Positions 55,112-64,000 of a stretch of 64,000 nucleotides of DNA are shown piece by piece. A model generated the notes under the pieces. That model saw only the letters and a list, made by a program, of their open reading frames with translations. It was not told the DNA's origin and ran no database searches. Position numbers and translations under genes: made by a program. Origin of the DNA: a candidate division FCPU426 bacterium (GTDB taxonomy: Bacteria > Oederibacteriota > Muellerivitia > Muellerivitales > Muellerivitaceae); contig CAWKAR010000039.1 of assembly GCA_963847625.1 (NCBI GenBank), positions 160,001 through 224,000 on the forward strand, given 5' to 3'. The stretch's first letter is position 1. Each line of letters opens with the position of its first letter.

Positions 55112-57355
55112 TTGAAAAAGTTTTTGCTGGTGCCGGTACTGGCCCTACTTGCCTTTTTAACCGTGCCCGGCCTTTACGCAGGCACCTTCGAGGCTAGGCT
55201 GGGGAAATGGTTCGCCCAGGGTAAAACCTCCGAAATTGAGGAAGCCCTCGCTGAAAGAATCACGGAAGAACCAGCTAACAGGGACCTGTGGCTGGAGTTG
55301 GCGGAATTCCGGAAAAGCCAAGGGGACTACCCTGGCACCGTGGCGGCATACCAGGAATACCTTTCCACCCAAGAGGATTGGAAAGTGAGAGTATCCTTGG
55401 CCTTGGCCGTGGAGCAAATGGGGCAGTTCGCCGACGCCGAGGGATACCTGAAGGAACTGTTCCAAAAACACCCGAGAGAGACGGACATTCTATGGGGTTT
55501 GGCCCGGCTTTGCCTTTACCAATCCAAGTGGAAAGAGCTTCAGACCCATAAGACCGCCGTCCAGGCCCTGCGTGAGGCGCAAAAATACCTGGCGGGCTTG
55601 ACGGCCTTACGCCCCGACTCCGCCTTGGGGTTCTGGCAGTTGGCTGAGGTTTCGCGAAAACTAGGCGACACGAAACAGGCCTTGGAAGCCTACGAGCAAG
55701 CGGTTAAAATCGACCCGAGTTTCAAAAAGGCCTACCGGTATATCGCCCGGCTCCTCGCCCAAAGGCGGGAGTTCCGGCAGTCACTGGCCGAATACGAGCG
55801 GGCTGAAACCATTGAACCGCAAGACACCGCGTTGAAAAGGGAAGCGGAACAAGTCGCGAAAAAAGCACCGGAAATGGAGGCGAAACTCAAGGCGGATAAA
55901 ATTAGTCTTTGGGAAAAATGGGAGCCACCCCGGGAGACTGCCATCGCGCCTTCCTCCGTGACCATCCGGGTCGGGTTGTTCACAGGCCTAAGTCAGCTGC
56001 TGTTCCGGGGGGAGGGGGAACTGGAAGTTACAGACACGCCGGCTTATCCGGGCATATCCTCCGTAAGACCAGCGACGCCTCAACCGGCCGCCGGGGCGGG
56101 CTGGGGGGGGCCTCGGACAGCCCCGCGGAGTCCCACCGTAGTACCTTTTCCCCTCTTGGAGCCCCTGCCCCTTTCAAATCTTCCCGGGTTTACCCCGGGT
56201 CAAGCCCCGATCACCGTCCTTTCCGCCAAAAAGAATTACGAGGTGGACTACATTTCCGCCAAGAGATCGGCGACACATAAGGAATTCTGGGTTGTCAAAA
56301 ACCCCAAAGGGAAGGTCGTCGTCAGGTTCGACAAGCCCCTATGGATTGTCTCCCGCGATGCCTCCAAGGCCCTGGTGGCCCACGCGGTGCCCTCCAACGT
56401 GGGCTATTTTTTCGCAAAAGAGGAAGACCGCGCCTTTCGGGGGATCCTGGAGTTGGACCCGCGGCCGGGGGAAGGTTTCAACGTTGTCAACCGGGTCACC
56501 CTCGAAGACTATACGGCGGGGGTCCTGCCTTCCGAGATGCCATCCTCTTGGCCCATGGAGGCTTTGAAGGCCCAGGCCGTTGTGGCAAGGACCTACGTTC
56601 TTTCCAAGATGGGCTGGCATGAGGCCGATGGCTTCGACGTTTGTGACGACGTGCATTGCCAGGTCTACCGGGGCCTCCGGGCCGAATGCGCCAGGACCAA
56701 CCAGGCCGTGAGGGAAACAGCGGGGATGGTCCTCAAATACGGCCCCCGGATGATGCCGGTGTTTTATTCCGCCCAGTGCGGGGGTCACACCCAGGATTAT
56801 GAGGAAGCCTGGGGGGCCAAACTACCGGTGGTGGGCGTTGAGGATTTCGACCCCGGGAAAAACCAGGACCTGGAATTCCCGCTCTCTCCCCGGCGGATGG
56901 AGCAATGGATCCGCCAGGATCGCCCCGCTTACTGCCGCGTTGACGGATTGAGGGGCTACCAGAATTACCGCTGGGCTTGGATCCTGCCCGAGAAGGATAT
57001 CCGGAACAAGACCGGCACGATCGGCCGGATCCGCAGGATGGTGGTGACCCACCGCTCCACCGCGGGCTGGGCGGACAGCCTCCGGGTGGAGGGGGAATCA
57101 GGCGAGAGGGAATACAGGGGGGATCATATCAGAAGTTTCCTGGGGGGAATCCGCAGCAACCTGATCTGGATCGAACCCCAATACAACCCAAAAGGCTGGC
57201 CCGAGGAATTCATCATCTACGGGGGGGGCTGGGGCCACGGGGTGGGCATGTGCCAGGTGGGATGTTACAGCCTCGCGAAATTGGGAAAAAATTGCGAGGA
57301 TATCCTGCGGCATTACTTCCCCAAGGCGGACTTGAAAAAATTGTCGAAAAATTAA
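55112..57355 (+). CDS. TPR-repeat SpoIID/LytB-domain lytic transglycosylase
   Basis: Signal peptide after TTG 55112; TPR repeats; LE.Y..GV.PSEM..SWP.EALKAQAVVARTY, CQVY.G, GWGHGVGMCQ. Confidence 0.9.
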   Translation: MKKFLLVPVLALLAFLTVPGLYAGTFEARLGKWFAQGKTSEIEEALAERITEEPANRDLWLELAEFRKSQGDYPGTVAAYQEYLSTQEDWKVRVSLALAVEQMGQFADAEGYLKELFQKHPRETDILWGLARLCLYQSKWKELQTHKTAVQALREAQKYLAGLTALRPDSALGFWQLAEVSRKLGDTKQALEAYEQAVKIDPSFKKAYRYIARLLAQRREFRQSLAEYERAETIEPQDTALKREAEQVAKKAPEMEAKLKADKISLWEKWEPPRETAIAPSSVTIRVGLFTGLSQLLFRGEGELEVTDTPAYPGISSVRPATPQPAAGAGWGGPRTAPRSPTVVPFPLLEPLPLSNLPGFTPGQAPITVLSAKKNYEVDYISAKRSATHKEFWVVKNPKGKVVVRFDKPLWIVSRDASKALVAHAVPSNVGYFFAKEEDRAFRGILELDPRPGEGFNVVNRVTLEDYTAGVLPSEMPSSWPMEALKAQAVVARTYVLSKMGWHEADGFDVCDDVHCQVYRGLRAECARTNQAVRETAGMVLKYGPRMMPVFYSAQCGGHTQDYEEAWGAKLPVVGVEDFDPGKNQDLEFPLSPRRMEQWIRQDRPAYCRVDGLRGYQNYRWAWILPEKDIRNKTGTIGRIRRMVVTHRSTAGWADSLRVEGESGEREYRGDHIRSFLGGIRSNLIWIEPQYNPKGWPEEFIIYGGGWGHGVGMCQVGCYSLAKLGKNCEDILRHYFPKADLKKLSKN

Positions 57356-57453
57356 GGGGAATATATCGGGAAGAATGGGAAAAAAAGTTTTAGAATCATC
57401 CTTCACTCGGGCTCATTTGCAATAAACGGCTTTTATGGGATAAAGTGTAAAGC

Positions 57454-57987
57454 ATGATCATGAGATTGTTCCTGATATCGGTTTTGTGCATGTCCTTGGT
57501 TTCCTGCGCGGAACTTTCCGAGCAACTGGGATTAACGCATAGGACCGACCTGGAAATGCGCTCCGGCCCATCGGGAAGCCTGGATAACCCGACCGTCCTA
57601 GACCCCTTTAAGAAGTATAACTTCGTCATGGCGGCCGATGATTGCCGGTATTTCCAGATGAAAGTGCCCCATGACTGGTATTGGAAGTTGTTCATGACGG
57701 TCGATAACCATAGTGACCTCAGCCATGGTGCCTTGGAAACCGCCATCGCCGATGTTGTCCCGCCTTGGGCGGCCTTGCCCGACTCCAGTTTCAGAAAAAC
57801 GTTCGAACTGGATCAGGGTGGCGTCCAAGGGGTCCTAGGTGTTGGCAACCCGGGGCCAGACAGGACAGCCCTTTTAAAAATGTGCCAAAGCGGGGCACCG
57901 CTACGCATCATCCTGGAAAGCCAGGTTTCCGCCACTTCCGCGCTTTTGGGACCCAAGATGCCCACCACCGAAAACCCGGAACCCTAA
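57454..57987 (+). CDS. Hypothetical lipoprotein
   Basis: Lipobox LVSC. Confidence 0.7.
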   Translation: MIMRLFLISVLCMSLVSCAELSEQLGLTHRTDLEMRSGPSGSLDNPTVLDPFKKYNFVMAADDCRYFQMKVPHDWYWKLFMTVDNHSDLSHGALETAIADVVPPWAALPDSSFRKTFELDQGGVQGVLGVGNPGPDRTALLKMCQSGAPLRIILESQVSATSALLGPKMPTTENPEP

Positions 57988-58058
57988 GAAAGCCGATTCA
58001 AATATCCGGTTCGGATGATCAAACCTTTGAACTCCACGGCTCAACGCAACGGTGGGGC

Positions 58059-58520
58059 CTACAAATCCACCCGGCTTTCCAGTATTTGCGAAGCTTTCCG
58101 AGCCTCCGATTCCCTTACCATCAACTTTATCCCGCCAAATGCCGCGTCGAGTGTGGCCGGAGGAATAAGGCCTATTTGACGCTCATATTCGTCAAAAAGA
58201 AAACTTTCAATGCCTTCCGAGTCTAATTTTGTTTTAGCCAGGTTAGCCTCAATGGAATTCTGATATTGGCCAATGGGAATTAAATCTTCGGCTAAGGCTT
58301 CGGGCTCGTCGGGCTCATCGGGAATATCGGGGGGAATAAATGCTTCCACCTCGGGGGGTTTATTCTCTTCCTCGAACGCCTTCAGGCATGAGGGCCGGTT
58401 GCAGTAGTAGTACTCCGGACCTTCCTTCAAGCATTCGTGGCAAAAATACTCATGGCAGTGGTGGCAGAAGCTGAGGGCCTTTCGGTCCGGATGGTTCAGG
58501 CAAAAATGTTCCTGATTCAT
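58059..58520 (-). CDS. B-box-type zinc finger + DUF2007-like signalling domain protein
   Basis: CLNHP..A...CHHC...FCHEC...YYC..C; EANLAK..L.SEGI.SFL.DE...GGIKLMV. Confidence 0.75.
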   Translation of the reverse strand: MNQEHFCLNHPDRKALSFCHHCHEYFCHECLKEGPEYYYCNRPSCLKAFEEENKPPEVEAFIPPDIPDEPDEPEALAEDLIPIGQYQNSIEANLAKTKLDSEGIESFLFDEYERQIGLIPPATLDAAFGGIKLMVRESEARKASQILESRVDL

Positions 58521-58529
58521 ATCTGTGGT

Positions 58530-59054
58530 TTATTTCCCCGTAGAATTTGCCAAAGCATCCTTCAGGAATTGGATCAGGGATTCCCGGCCCAGGTAGCCCA
58601 CATGGACCTTGGAGTCATTATTCGGATATCGAACCACGAGTGTCGGGAATCCCCGGATTTGATACCGCGTTTGGAGTTCCGTGACTTCCGGCGGGTTCGT
58701 CTTCGTTTCCCGCCTGCGGTCCATCACCGTGACCAGGATGAAGGATTGGCCGATCCAATCAGCCTGGGCCTTGTCGTCAAACACTTCGGCTTTCATTTTC
58801 TTGCAGTAGCCGCACCACTCGGCCGTGAAATCGTAAAGGATGGGTTTTTGCCCCTTTTGAAATTCTTCTTCGCCGTCCTGGATCGACATCCACTGGCCGG
58901 CCCGATTTGATAGGGTTTTATCCTTTGATATGGGATTGTCCTTATGAAAAAATTGGAAGGTTTCCCAAACCGCCAACAATATAAAAATGAGTACGGCCAT
59001 TTTTGCAAAAAGCACCCAAAGCGGCACGGATTTGGTTTCATTTACAGGTATCAA
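58530..59054 (-). CDS. Membrane-anchored thioredoxin-family protein, paralogue of 50924-51442
   Basis: N-terminal TM; KPILYDFTAEWCGYC; GFPT; start uncertain. Confidence 0.85.
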   Translation of the reverse strand: MIPVNETKSVPLWVLFAKMAVLIFILLAVWETFQFFHKDNPISKDKTLSNRAGQWMSIQDGEEEFQKGQKPILYDFTAEWCGYCKKMKAEVFDDKAQADWIGQSFILVTVMDRRRETKTNPPEVTELQTRYQIRGFPTLVVRYPNNDSKVHVGYLGRESLIQFLKDALANSTGK

Positions 59055-59231
59055 TGACTTTCCTTTATGAATGATATTGAAGGAAAAGAATAAGGTGACA
59101 CATCCATTTTACCTGGGAAATTTCGTGATAGGTTGAAATTGGGGTGGGAAAAACGAGTATTATCTATAAAATCGCCTATTCATTATCAGAGATTCTAAAG
59201 TTTGAAAGGCGTAAAGCAAAACCATATATTA

Positions 59232-59582
59232 GCCACATGCCAATCTTCCATGAAGCTTATAAAGAGATTGGTATCGCACCGATCTCCAATAATTTTTATG
59301 GATGATCGGCACGGATTCAGGGGATGTGCCGATTCACCCCTAAAACAGTTAAGGAAATCGGTACTATACCGAACTTTCATTGAAAGCTTTAATGAGGTTC
59401 GGCATGCATTTAGATAGGCCAAAACATTCATGAAAACTTCTTGAATGAATTTTAAATCCTCAATTTTAAATTTTTTTTAAGCAAATCCCATGAATCCCAT
59501 GCATGGCAGCCTTCTACGAAGCTTTTATTAAAGCTGGTATAATAGCGATTTCATTAACTGTATTATTGTGAATCGGCACATC
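59232..59582. repeat. Cluster of three related palindromic arms (forward/reverse/forward); MITE/REPIN-like
   Basis: Arms at 59232-59326, 59326-59408 (reverse) and 59500-59579; perfect 15-bp inverted repeat at 59323-59337 / 59568-59582. Confidence 0.8.
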
Positions 59583-59639
59583 TGTGGCTAGAGATTATTT
59601 TGATAAGATGTGTTTTCGAATAAATTTAAAAAGGATCGT

Positions 59640-60833
59640 ATGATTTATTTCGACCACGCCGCCACCACCCCCTTGGACGAACAAGTCCTGGAAGCCATGA
59701 TGCCTTTCCTGAAAGAGGAATATGGTAATCCTTCCAGCTTGCACGCCTCCGGGCGGGCCGCGCGGGCTGCGGTGGAACATTCCCGCGAAAAGATCGCCCT
59801 CACGTTGAATTCCGACCCGAAAGAAATCGTCTTTACCAGCGGCGGCACGGAAGCCGTGAATGCCGTCCTTAAAGGAATGGCTTTCGTCAACCAGGGGAAG
59901 GCCCGGCATTTCATCATTTCCGCGGTGGAGCACCATTGCGTGCTGGATTGCACGGAATGGCTGACCCGCCAGGGATGCTCCGTCACCGCCGTGGGCGTTG
60001 ACTCCGAGGGCCAGGTCGATCCCAAAGAGGTGGAAAAGGCCATCCGGCCGGGCGAAACAACGTTGATCTCCATCATGGCGGCCAACAACGAAGTGGGCAC
60101 GATCCAGCCTTTCGGGGAGATCGGGGCCCTGGCCAAGGGGCATGGGATTCCCTTCCATACCGACGCGGTACAGGCTTACGGCAAGGTTCCCATCGACGTG
60201 CAACGGGATCACATCGATTTTCTTTCGGCTTCGGGCCACAAGATATACGGACCCAAGGGTTGCGGTTTCTTTTACCAAAGAAGGGGGATGGACCTGGTCC
60301 CGCTCCAGCATGGGGGCGGGCAGGAGAGAAACCGGCGGGGAGGCACCGAAAACGCGGCTGGGATCGTGGGCCTGGGGGAAGCGGCCAGGCGGATCTGCCT
60401 TGAGATGCCGAGGCATGGGCGCTTAAGGGCGCTGGCGCAAATCCTCCTGGATGAAATGAAAAAAGCGTATCCCGAGGTGAGGGTCAACGGGCCATTGGAT
60501 CCCGAAAAAAGGGTCCCGGGAATCCTGAACATCACCCTGCCCGGCATCGAGGGGGAGACCCTCGTCCATAGCCTGGACAACCGGGGTTTCGCTGTTTCCT
60601 CGGGGGCCGCCTGTGCGGCCGGATCGGCGATACCTTCCCATGTCCTATCGGCCATGGGCCGGAGCCCGAAAGAAACCAAGGAGGGCCTTCGTTTTTCCTT
60701 CGGCCGGTCCAATACCGGGGAACAGGTTCAGGAACTGTTGGGGACCCTGCCCTCCGTCATTCAAAGCCTTCAAATGATGTCTTCCTTCCTGGAGGAGGGT
60801 GAACCCAAATCAGAAACCCCCAAGCCCCGCTAA
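59640..60833 (+). CDS. iscS: Cysteine desulfurase (group I, IscS/NifS-like)
   Basis: IYFDHAATTP, GNPSS.H, FTSGGTE, NNEVG.IQP, HTDAVQ, SGHKIYGPKG, SSGAAC. Confidence 0.9.
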   Translation: MIYFDHAATTPLDEQVLEAMMPFLKEEYGNPSSLHASGRAARAAVEHSREKIALTLNSDPKEIVFTSGGTEAVNAVLKGMAFVNQGKARHFIISAVEHHCVLDCTEWLTRQGCSVTAVGVDSEGQVDPKEVEKAIRPGETTLISIMAANNEVGTIQPFGEIGALAKGHGIPFHTDAVQAYGKVPIDVQRDHIDFLSASGHKIYGPKGCGFFYQRRGMDLVPLQHGGGQERNRRGGTENAAGIVGLGEAARRICLEMPRHGRLRALAQILLDEMKKAYPEVRVNGPLDPEKRVPGILNITLPGIEGETLVHSLDNRGFAVSSGAACAAGSAIPSHVLSAMGRSPKETKEGLRFSFGRSNTGEQVQELLGTLPSVIQSLQMMSSFLEEGEPKSETPKPR

Positions 60834-60931
60834 AGCGGCCCAGGAACGGGAAAGGCCCGCCAGAGTCCATCTTTCAAGTGTGATTTTACCCGGTATCTGT
60901 TCTAAAATAACCGGCCGGTCATTCCTGCCTT

Positions 60932-62614
60932 TTGGAAAGGTTTTCGACAGTGATCCTGAGAAAGTTGGGTTTCCGAATCGCCATAACCGCCGCGCTTTCC
61001 ATTTTCCTCCTGGAAGGAATCATCGGCGCGTACAACGCCGCGCACCAGAAACAAAACCTCTTGGACCAAAAGGTCGGGTATTTGGACCTGGTCGTCCAGT
61101 CCCTCCAGGAGGATTTCGCGCGCCAAATTCAAAAGGAAAATTTCGAGAATCTCTCCGCCACCGTATCGGCCCTTTCCCGCCAATTCCAGGTCAGCACCCT
61201 CACGCTTTTCGACAAAAGGGGAAAAGTCCTGGTCCGAAGCCAATACCAGGAAGGTTTTGAAAGCCGGCTGGGCGACCTGAAACAAAAACTCATTTTGTCC
61301 CAGTCCCTTAGAAAATGTTGGGAAGAAACCTGGAAGACCCCGGAAGGGGAGATTTTAAGGTACCTCACCGCCATCCGGGACGGGGAGGGCAAGGTGGTCG
61401 GCGGGATCAACGTGGAAATCCCCCTTTCCCAGTTGGAATCACAAGTCAGGTTTTCCATCCTGGAAACGGCGGGAATCGCGGCCCTCATCTCCCTGGCCAT
61501 CGTGCTCATCCTGATGCCCCTTTTGAGGGTTTTCGTCGTGAATCCCATCAACTCCATCAAGACCGAACTCATGGACTTTTCCAAGGGTGAGGCGGACCTG
61601 ACCTTCCGGATCAAGGTGCGGTCCCGGGACGAGATCGGAGACATGTCCGAATGGTTCAACACCTTCCTGGAGAAAATCCGGAACATGGTTTCCCGGGTCC
61701 TGGAGCATTCCCAGCGCCTTTCCGAGCAGGTGCTCGAGTTGATCAACTCTACCGGCGAGGTGTCCTCCATGAGCGAGGATGTTTCCACGACCATCTCGCA
61801 GATCGCCCGGGGCGCGGAGGAACAGGCCGCCAAGATCGCCGAGGTTCACCATTTAATGCAGGAGATGCAGGAGACCATGAAGGACGTGGAAAACAAGGTG
61901 GGGGAAACTTCCGCCGCGGTGGACAAGGCCACCTTAACCGCCCAGGCGGGCGGCAAGCTGGCCCGGGTCACCATCGACCGGATGGTGACCCTGAACGAGA
62001 CCATCCTGAAGAATTCGGAGCTCATCCACCACCTGGGCCGCAAAAGCCAGGAAATCGGGGGCGTGGTGGAGATCATCCAGGGAATCTCCGAGCAAACCAA
62101 CCTGTTGTCCCTGAACGCCGCCATCGAGGCGGCCCGGGCGGGGGAGCACGGCAAGGGTTTCGCGGTGGTGGCCGAGGAAATCCGCATCCTAGCCGACCGG
62201 GTCGGGAAGGCGACCGGGGAAATCGGGAACGTGATCCAGGTGATCCAGGACGAGACCCTGGCGGCGGTGGGATCCATGGAAAAAGGCGCCAAAGAGGCCC
62301 AGGTGAGCCAGGAAAGCATCCGTCAGATGGAGGGGGCCCTGGACGAGATCGTGGCGGTCATCGAGAACGTGGTCCAGTTCAGCAAGAGCATCTCCGACCT
62401 GGTGGCCCTCCAGAACGAGCGGTACAGCAGGATCGTTAACGGCATCCAGGACATCAACGCGGTTTCGGAGGAGTCGGCCGCCTCCACCGAGGAGGTTTCA
62501 GCCTCAACGGAGGAGCAAACCGCCAACATGGAGCAGATCAACGCCACTTTCAAGGAAATCTCCACGATGGCGGAAGAATTGAAAACAATGGTGGAAAAGT
62601 TTAAGATCCGGTAA
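60932..62614 (+). CDS. Methyl-accepting chemotaxis protein
   Basis: Two TMs, a periplasmic sensor and a HAMP domain (DEIG); QTNLLSLNAAIEAARAGEHGKGFAVVAEEIR. Confidence 0.95.
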   Translation: MERFSTVILRKLGFRIAITAALSIFLLEGIIGAYNAAHQKQNLLDQKVGYLDLVVQSLQEDFARQIQKENFENLSATVSALSRQFQVSTLTLFDKRGKVLVRSQYQEGFESRLGDLKQKLILSQSLRKCWEETWKTPEGEILRYLTAIRDGEGKVVGGINVEIPLSQLESQVRFSILETAGIAALISLAIVLILMPLLRVFVVNPINSIKTELMDFSKGEADLTFRIKVRSRDEIGDMSEWFNTFLEKIRNMVSRVLEHSQRLSEQVLELINSTGEVSSMSEDVSTTISQIARGAEEQAAKIAEVHHLMQEMQETMKDVENKVGETSAAVDKATLTAQAGGKLARVTIDRMVTLNETILKNSELIHHLGRKSQEIGGVVEIIQGISEQTNLLSLNAAIEAARAGEHGKGFAVVAEEIRILADRVGKATGEIGNVIQVIQDETLAAVGSMEKGAKEAQVSQESIRQMEGALDEIVAVIENVVQFSKSISDLVALQNERYSRIVNGIQDINAVSEESAASTEEVSASTEEQTANMEQINATFKEISTMAEELKTMVEKFKIR

Positions 62615-62832
62615 ACATCCCTGGGAGTTCCCTTTAGCGCGATAGAAAATGATTTCACTCTCCGGTCCTTCATCCTAAACCTTTTTAAAAGACCGATGCC
62701 CGTTTTTTATTTTCTACCGGGCAATACAAGAGTGGGTTGGGATTCCGGGAGCCTAGGCGATGGCGGAGTTCATCGGCTCTTATGAGCATCTCGGTTAAAA
62801 AAACTTGTATCCCCTTATAAGGGTTAAATGGA

Positions 62833-64000
62833 ATGGTTAAAATTAGGTCCTATCTTGGGGTTAATATTTCATTCATTGCTTGGGCCTGTTTTTTTGTTTT
62901 TCTGGTTTCAAACACCCTTTTATCCTATTTTGCTTTGCCCCTTGTCACCAGGCTTCAAATCGGCCTTTGGGGTATATTTTTCCCTTTCCTTTTTGCTTTT
63001 TTTAGCGATCCCAAAAAACTAAGGGAAACACCATCCTGCCTGGAACATGAGTTTCTTCCTTCCATCCCGAATTGGCTTTGGATCTTGGTATTTTTTTCCG
63101 GAATTTTTTTACGCCTCCACCAGCTTGTTTCCCTCTCCACATGGCCGACCCCTGATGAAGGAAACTATGCCCTTGGATCAATGGACCTTTCCCAAAATGG
63201 AATATGGCATTTGTCCTATACCATTCGTCAACATCCCCCTCTATTTAACTGGGCTTTGGCTCTTTTTTTTAAATGGATTTCCCCGTCGATATTTTCCCTT
63301 TGGCTGTTTCCAGCCATCCTCAGTATTTTGGCCCTGCTGATAGCCGGCTTGGCCGGGCGGGCCTATTTGTCCAAGTCTTCGAACTTCATTTGTTTTGTTT
63401 TAGCCGCCACGGGTTTCTGGCCCCTTTTCGTAGGAAGGTTTTGTTCCAATTTCATATTATCTTTTCTTTTTGAATTTTTAGCGTTTTTGATTTTAAGCTT
63501 ATTTTTGAGGAGCCAATCAGCCGGCCAGTATCGAAGGTATGCCCTTCTTTTAGGGCTGTGCGTGGGATTTGGACTTTTTACTTTTGTGGTATGGACTGTC
63601 GTGGCGGTTGCCGTGATTTTGGCATTTGTGTTTTCCCGGGGAAAAAAGGGGAAATGGACTTTTTTAAACTTTTTCCTGCCCCTGTCCTGTTTTGGCGTTT
63701 TCAGTGTTTATTTTTACTGCGCACACGCAAAACCCATTCAATCGGAATGGGGCTTCCGGTCCGGAATGGATTTTAGCCAGCAATTCGTGAGCTCTTTTTC
63801 CTACCTCAGCGCCATGTTTTGGGGAACCTCAAAATATTGCTATGGCCCCGTGTGGGGAGGATTGTTTAACCCTGTATTTGATTCATTGACATTCCTGGGA
63901 ATGGCGGTTTGCTGCCGTAAATGGAATACCGCGTTCTATAAATGGATCCTGATTTGCCTGGGACTTTTTATCCTGCCGGGGGTTGTTTCAAGGGATTTAG
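62833..64000 (+). CDS. GT-C-fold (GT39/PMT-like) membrane glycosyltransferase, 3'-partial; absent from the supplied ORF track
   Basis: Hand translation from ATG 62833 is open to the window end: MVKIRSYLG...LSTWPTPDEG...QHPPLFNW...YGPVWGGLFNP...; many TM segments and a DE motif in the first loop. Confidence 0.8.
   Translation, partial: MVKIRSYLGVNISFIAWACFFVFLVSNTLLSYFALPLVTRLQIGLWGIFFPFLFAFFSDPKKLRETPSCLEHEFLPSIPNWLWILVFFSGIFLRLHQLVSLSTWPTPDEGNYALGSMDLSQNGIWHLSYTIRQHPPLFNWALALFFKWISPSIFSLWLFPAILSILALLIAGLAGRAYLSKSSNFICFVLAATGFWPLFVGRFCSNFILSFLFEFLAFLILSLFLRSQSAGQYRRYALLLGLCVGFGLFTFVVWTVVAVAVILAFVFSRGKKGKWTFLNFFLPLSCFGVFSVYFYCAHAKPIQSEWGFRSGMDFSQQFVSSFSYLSAMFWGTSKYCYGPVWGGLFNPVFDSLTFLGMAVCCRKWNTAFYKWILICLGLFILPGVVSRDL

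Noticed and set aside
59232..59582. CRISPR or other guide-RNA array
   Set aside because: Units alternate in orientation, there is no identical direct repeat with unique spacers, the loops are homologous to one another, and no cas-like gene is nearby.
62755..62780. Fluoride riboswitch (GGCGATGG...GTTC)
   Set aside because: No closing TCGCC stem or downstream pseudoknot motif, and the downstream gene is unrelated.
62828..63776. Several short hydrophobic ORFs suggesting a pseudogene
   Set aside because: They are off-frame; a single uninterrupted frame runs from 62833 to the window end.

Overview
Bacterial chromosomal window from a GC-rich diderm (TolC, lipoproteins, beta-barrel-like proteins). 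The lineage cannot be fixed from sequence alone. The abundance of Thr/Pro-linked carbohydrate-binding lipoproteins is reminiscent of uncultured Goldbacteria/FCPU426-type genomes (inference only). The first ~31 kb is a large glycan-utilisation island. It holds five non-catalytic CBM-like lipoproteins, a sugar ABC solute-binding protein, a GH36 alpha-galactosidase, a GH44 endoglucanase, a GH2 beta-galactosidase and an unclassified clan GH-A hydrolase. Most notably it has three tandem large proteins built as SLH-like domain + coiled coil + predicted beta-barrel (OmpM/SlpA-like), with no SusC/SusD or TonB genes: a candidate new glycan capture/uptake system. The rest holds glmU-prs-rplY-pth, three GT-C membrane glycosyltransferases, and an ECF sigma/anti-sigma/Spy-like/TolC/RND cluster lacking an adaptor gene, with a twice-occurring CGACAC-N17-CGTCTA promoter motif. 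It also holds a GH2 beta-mannosidase, ComEC, an atypical and probably leaderless HU, TPR-SpoIID, IscS and an MCP. A family of AT-rich palindromic repeats occurs at 7.8 kb and 59.2-59.6 kb. No tRNA, rRNA, CRISPR array or transposase was found.
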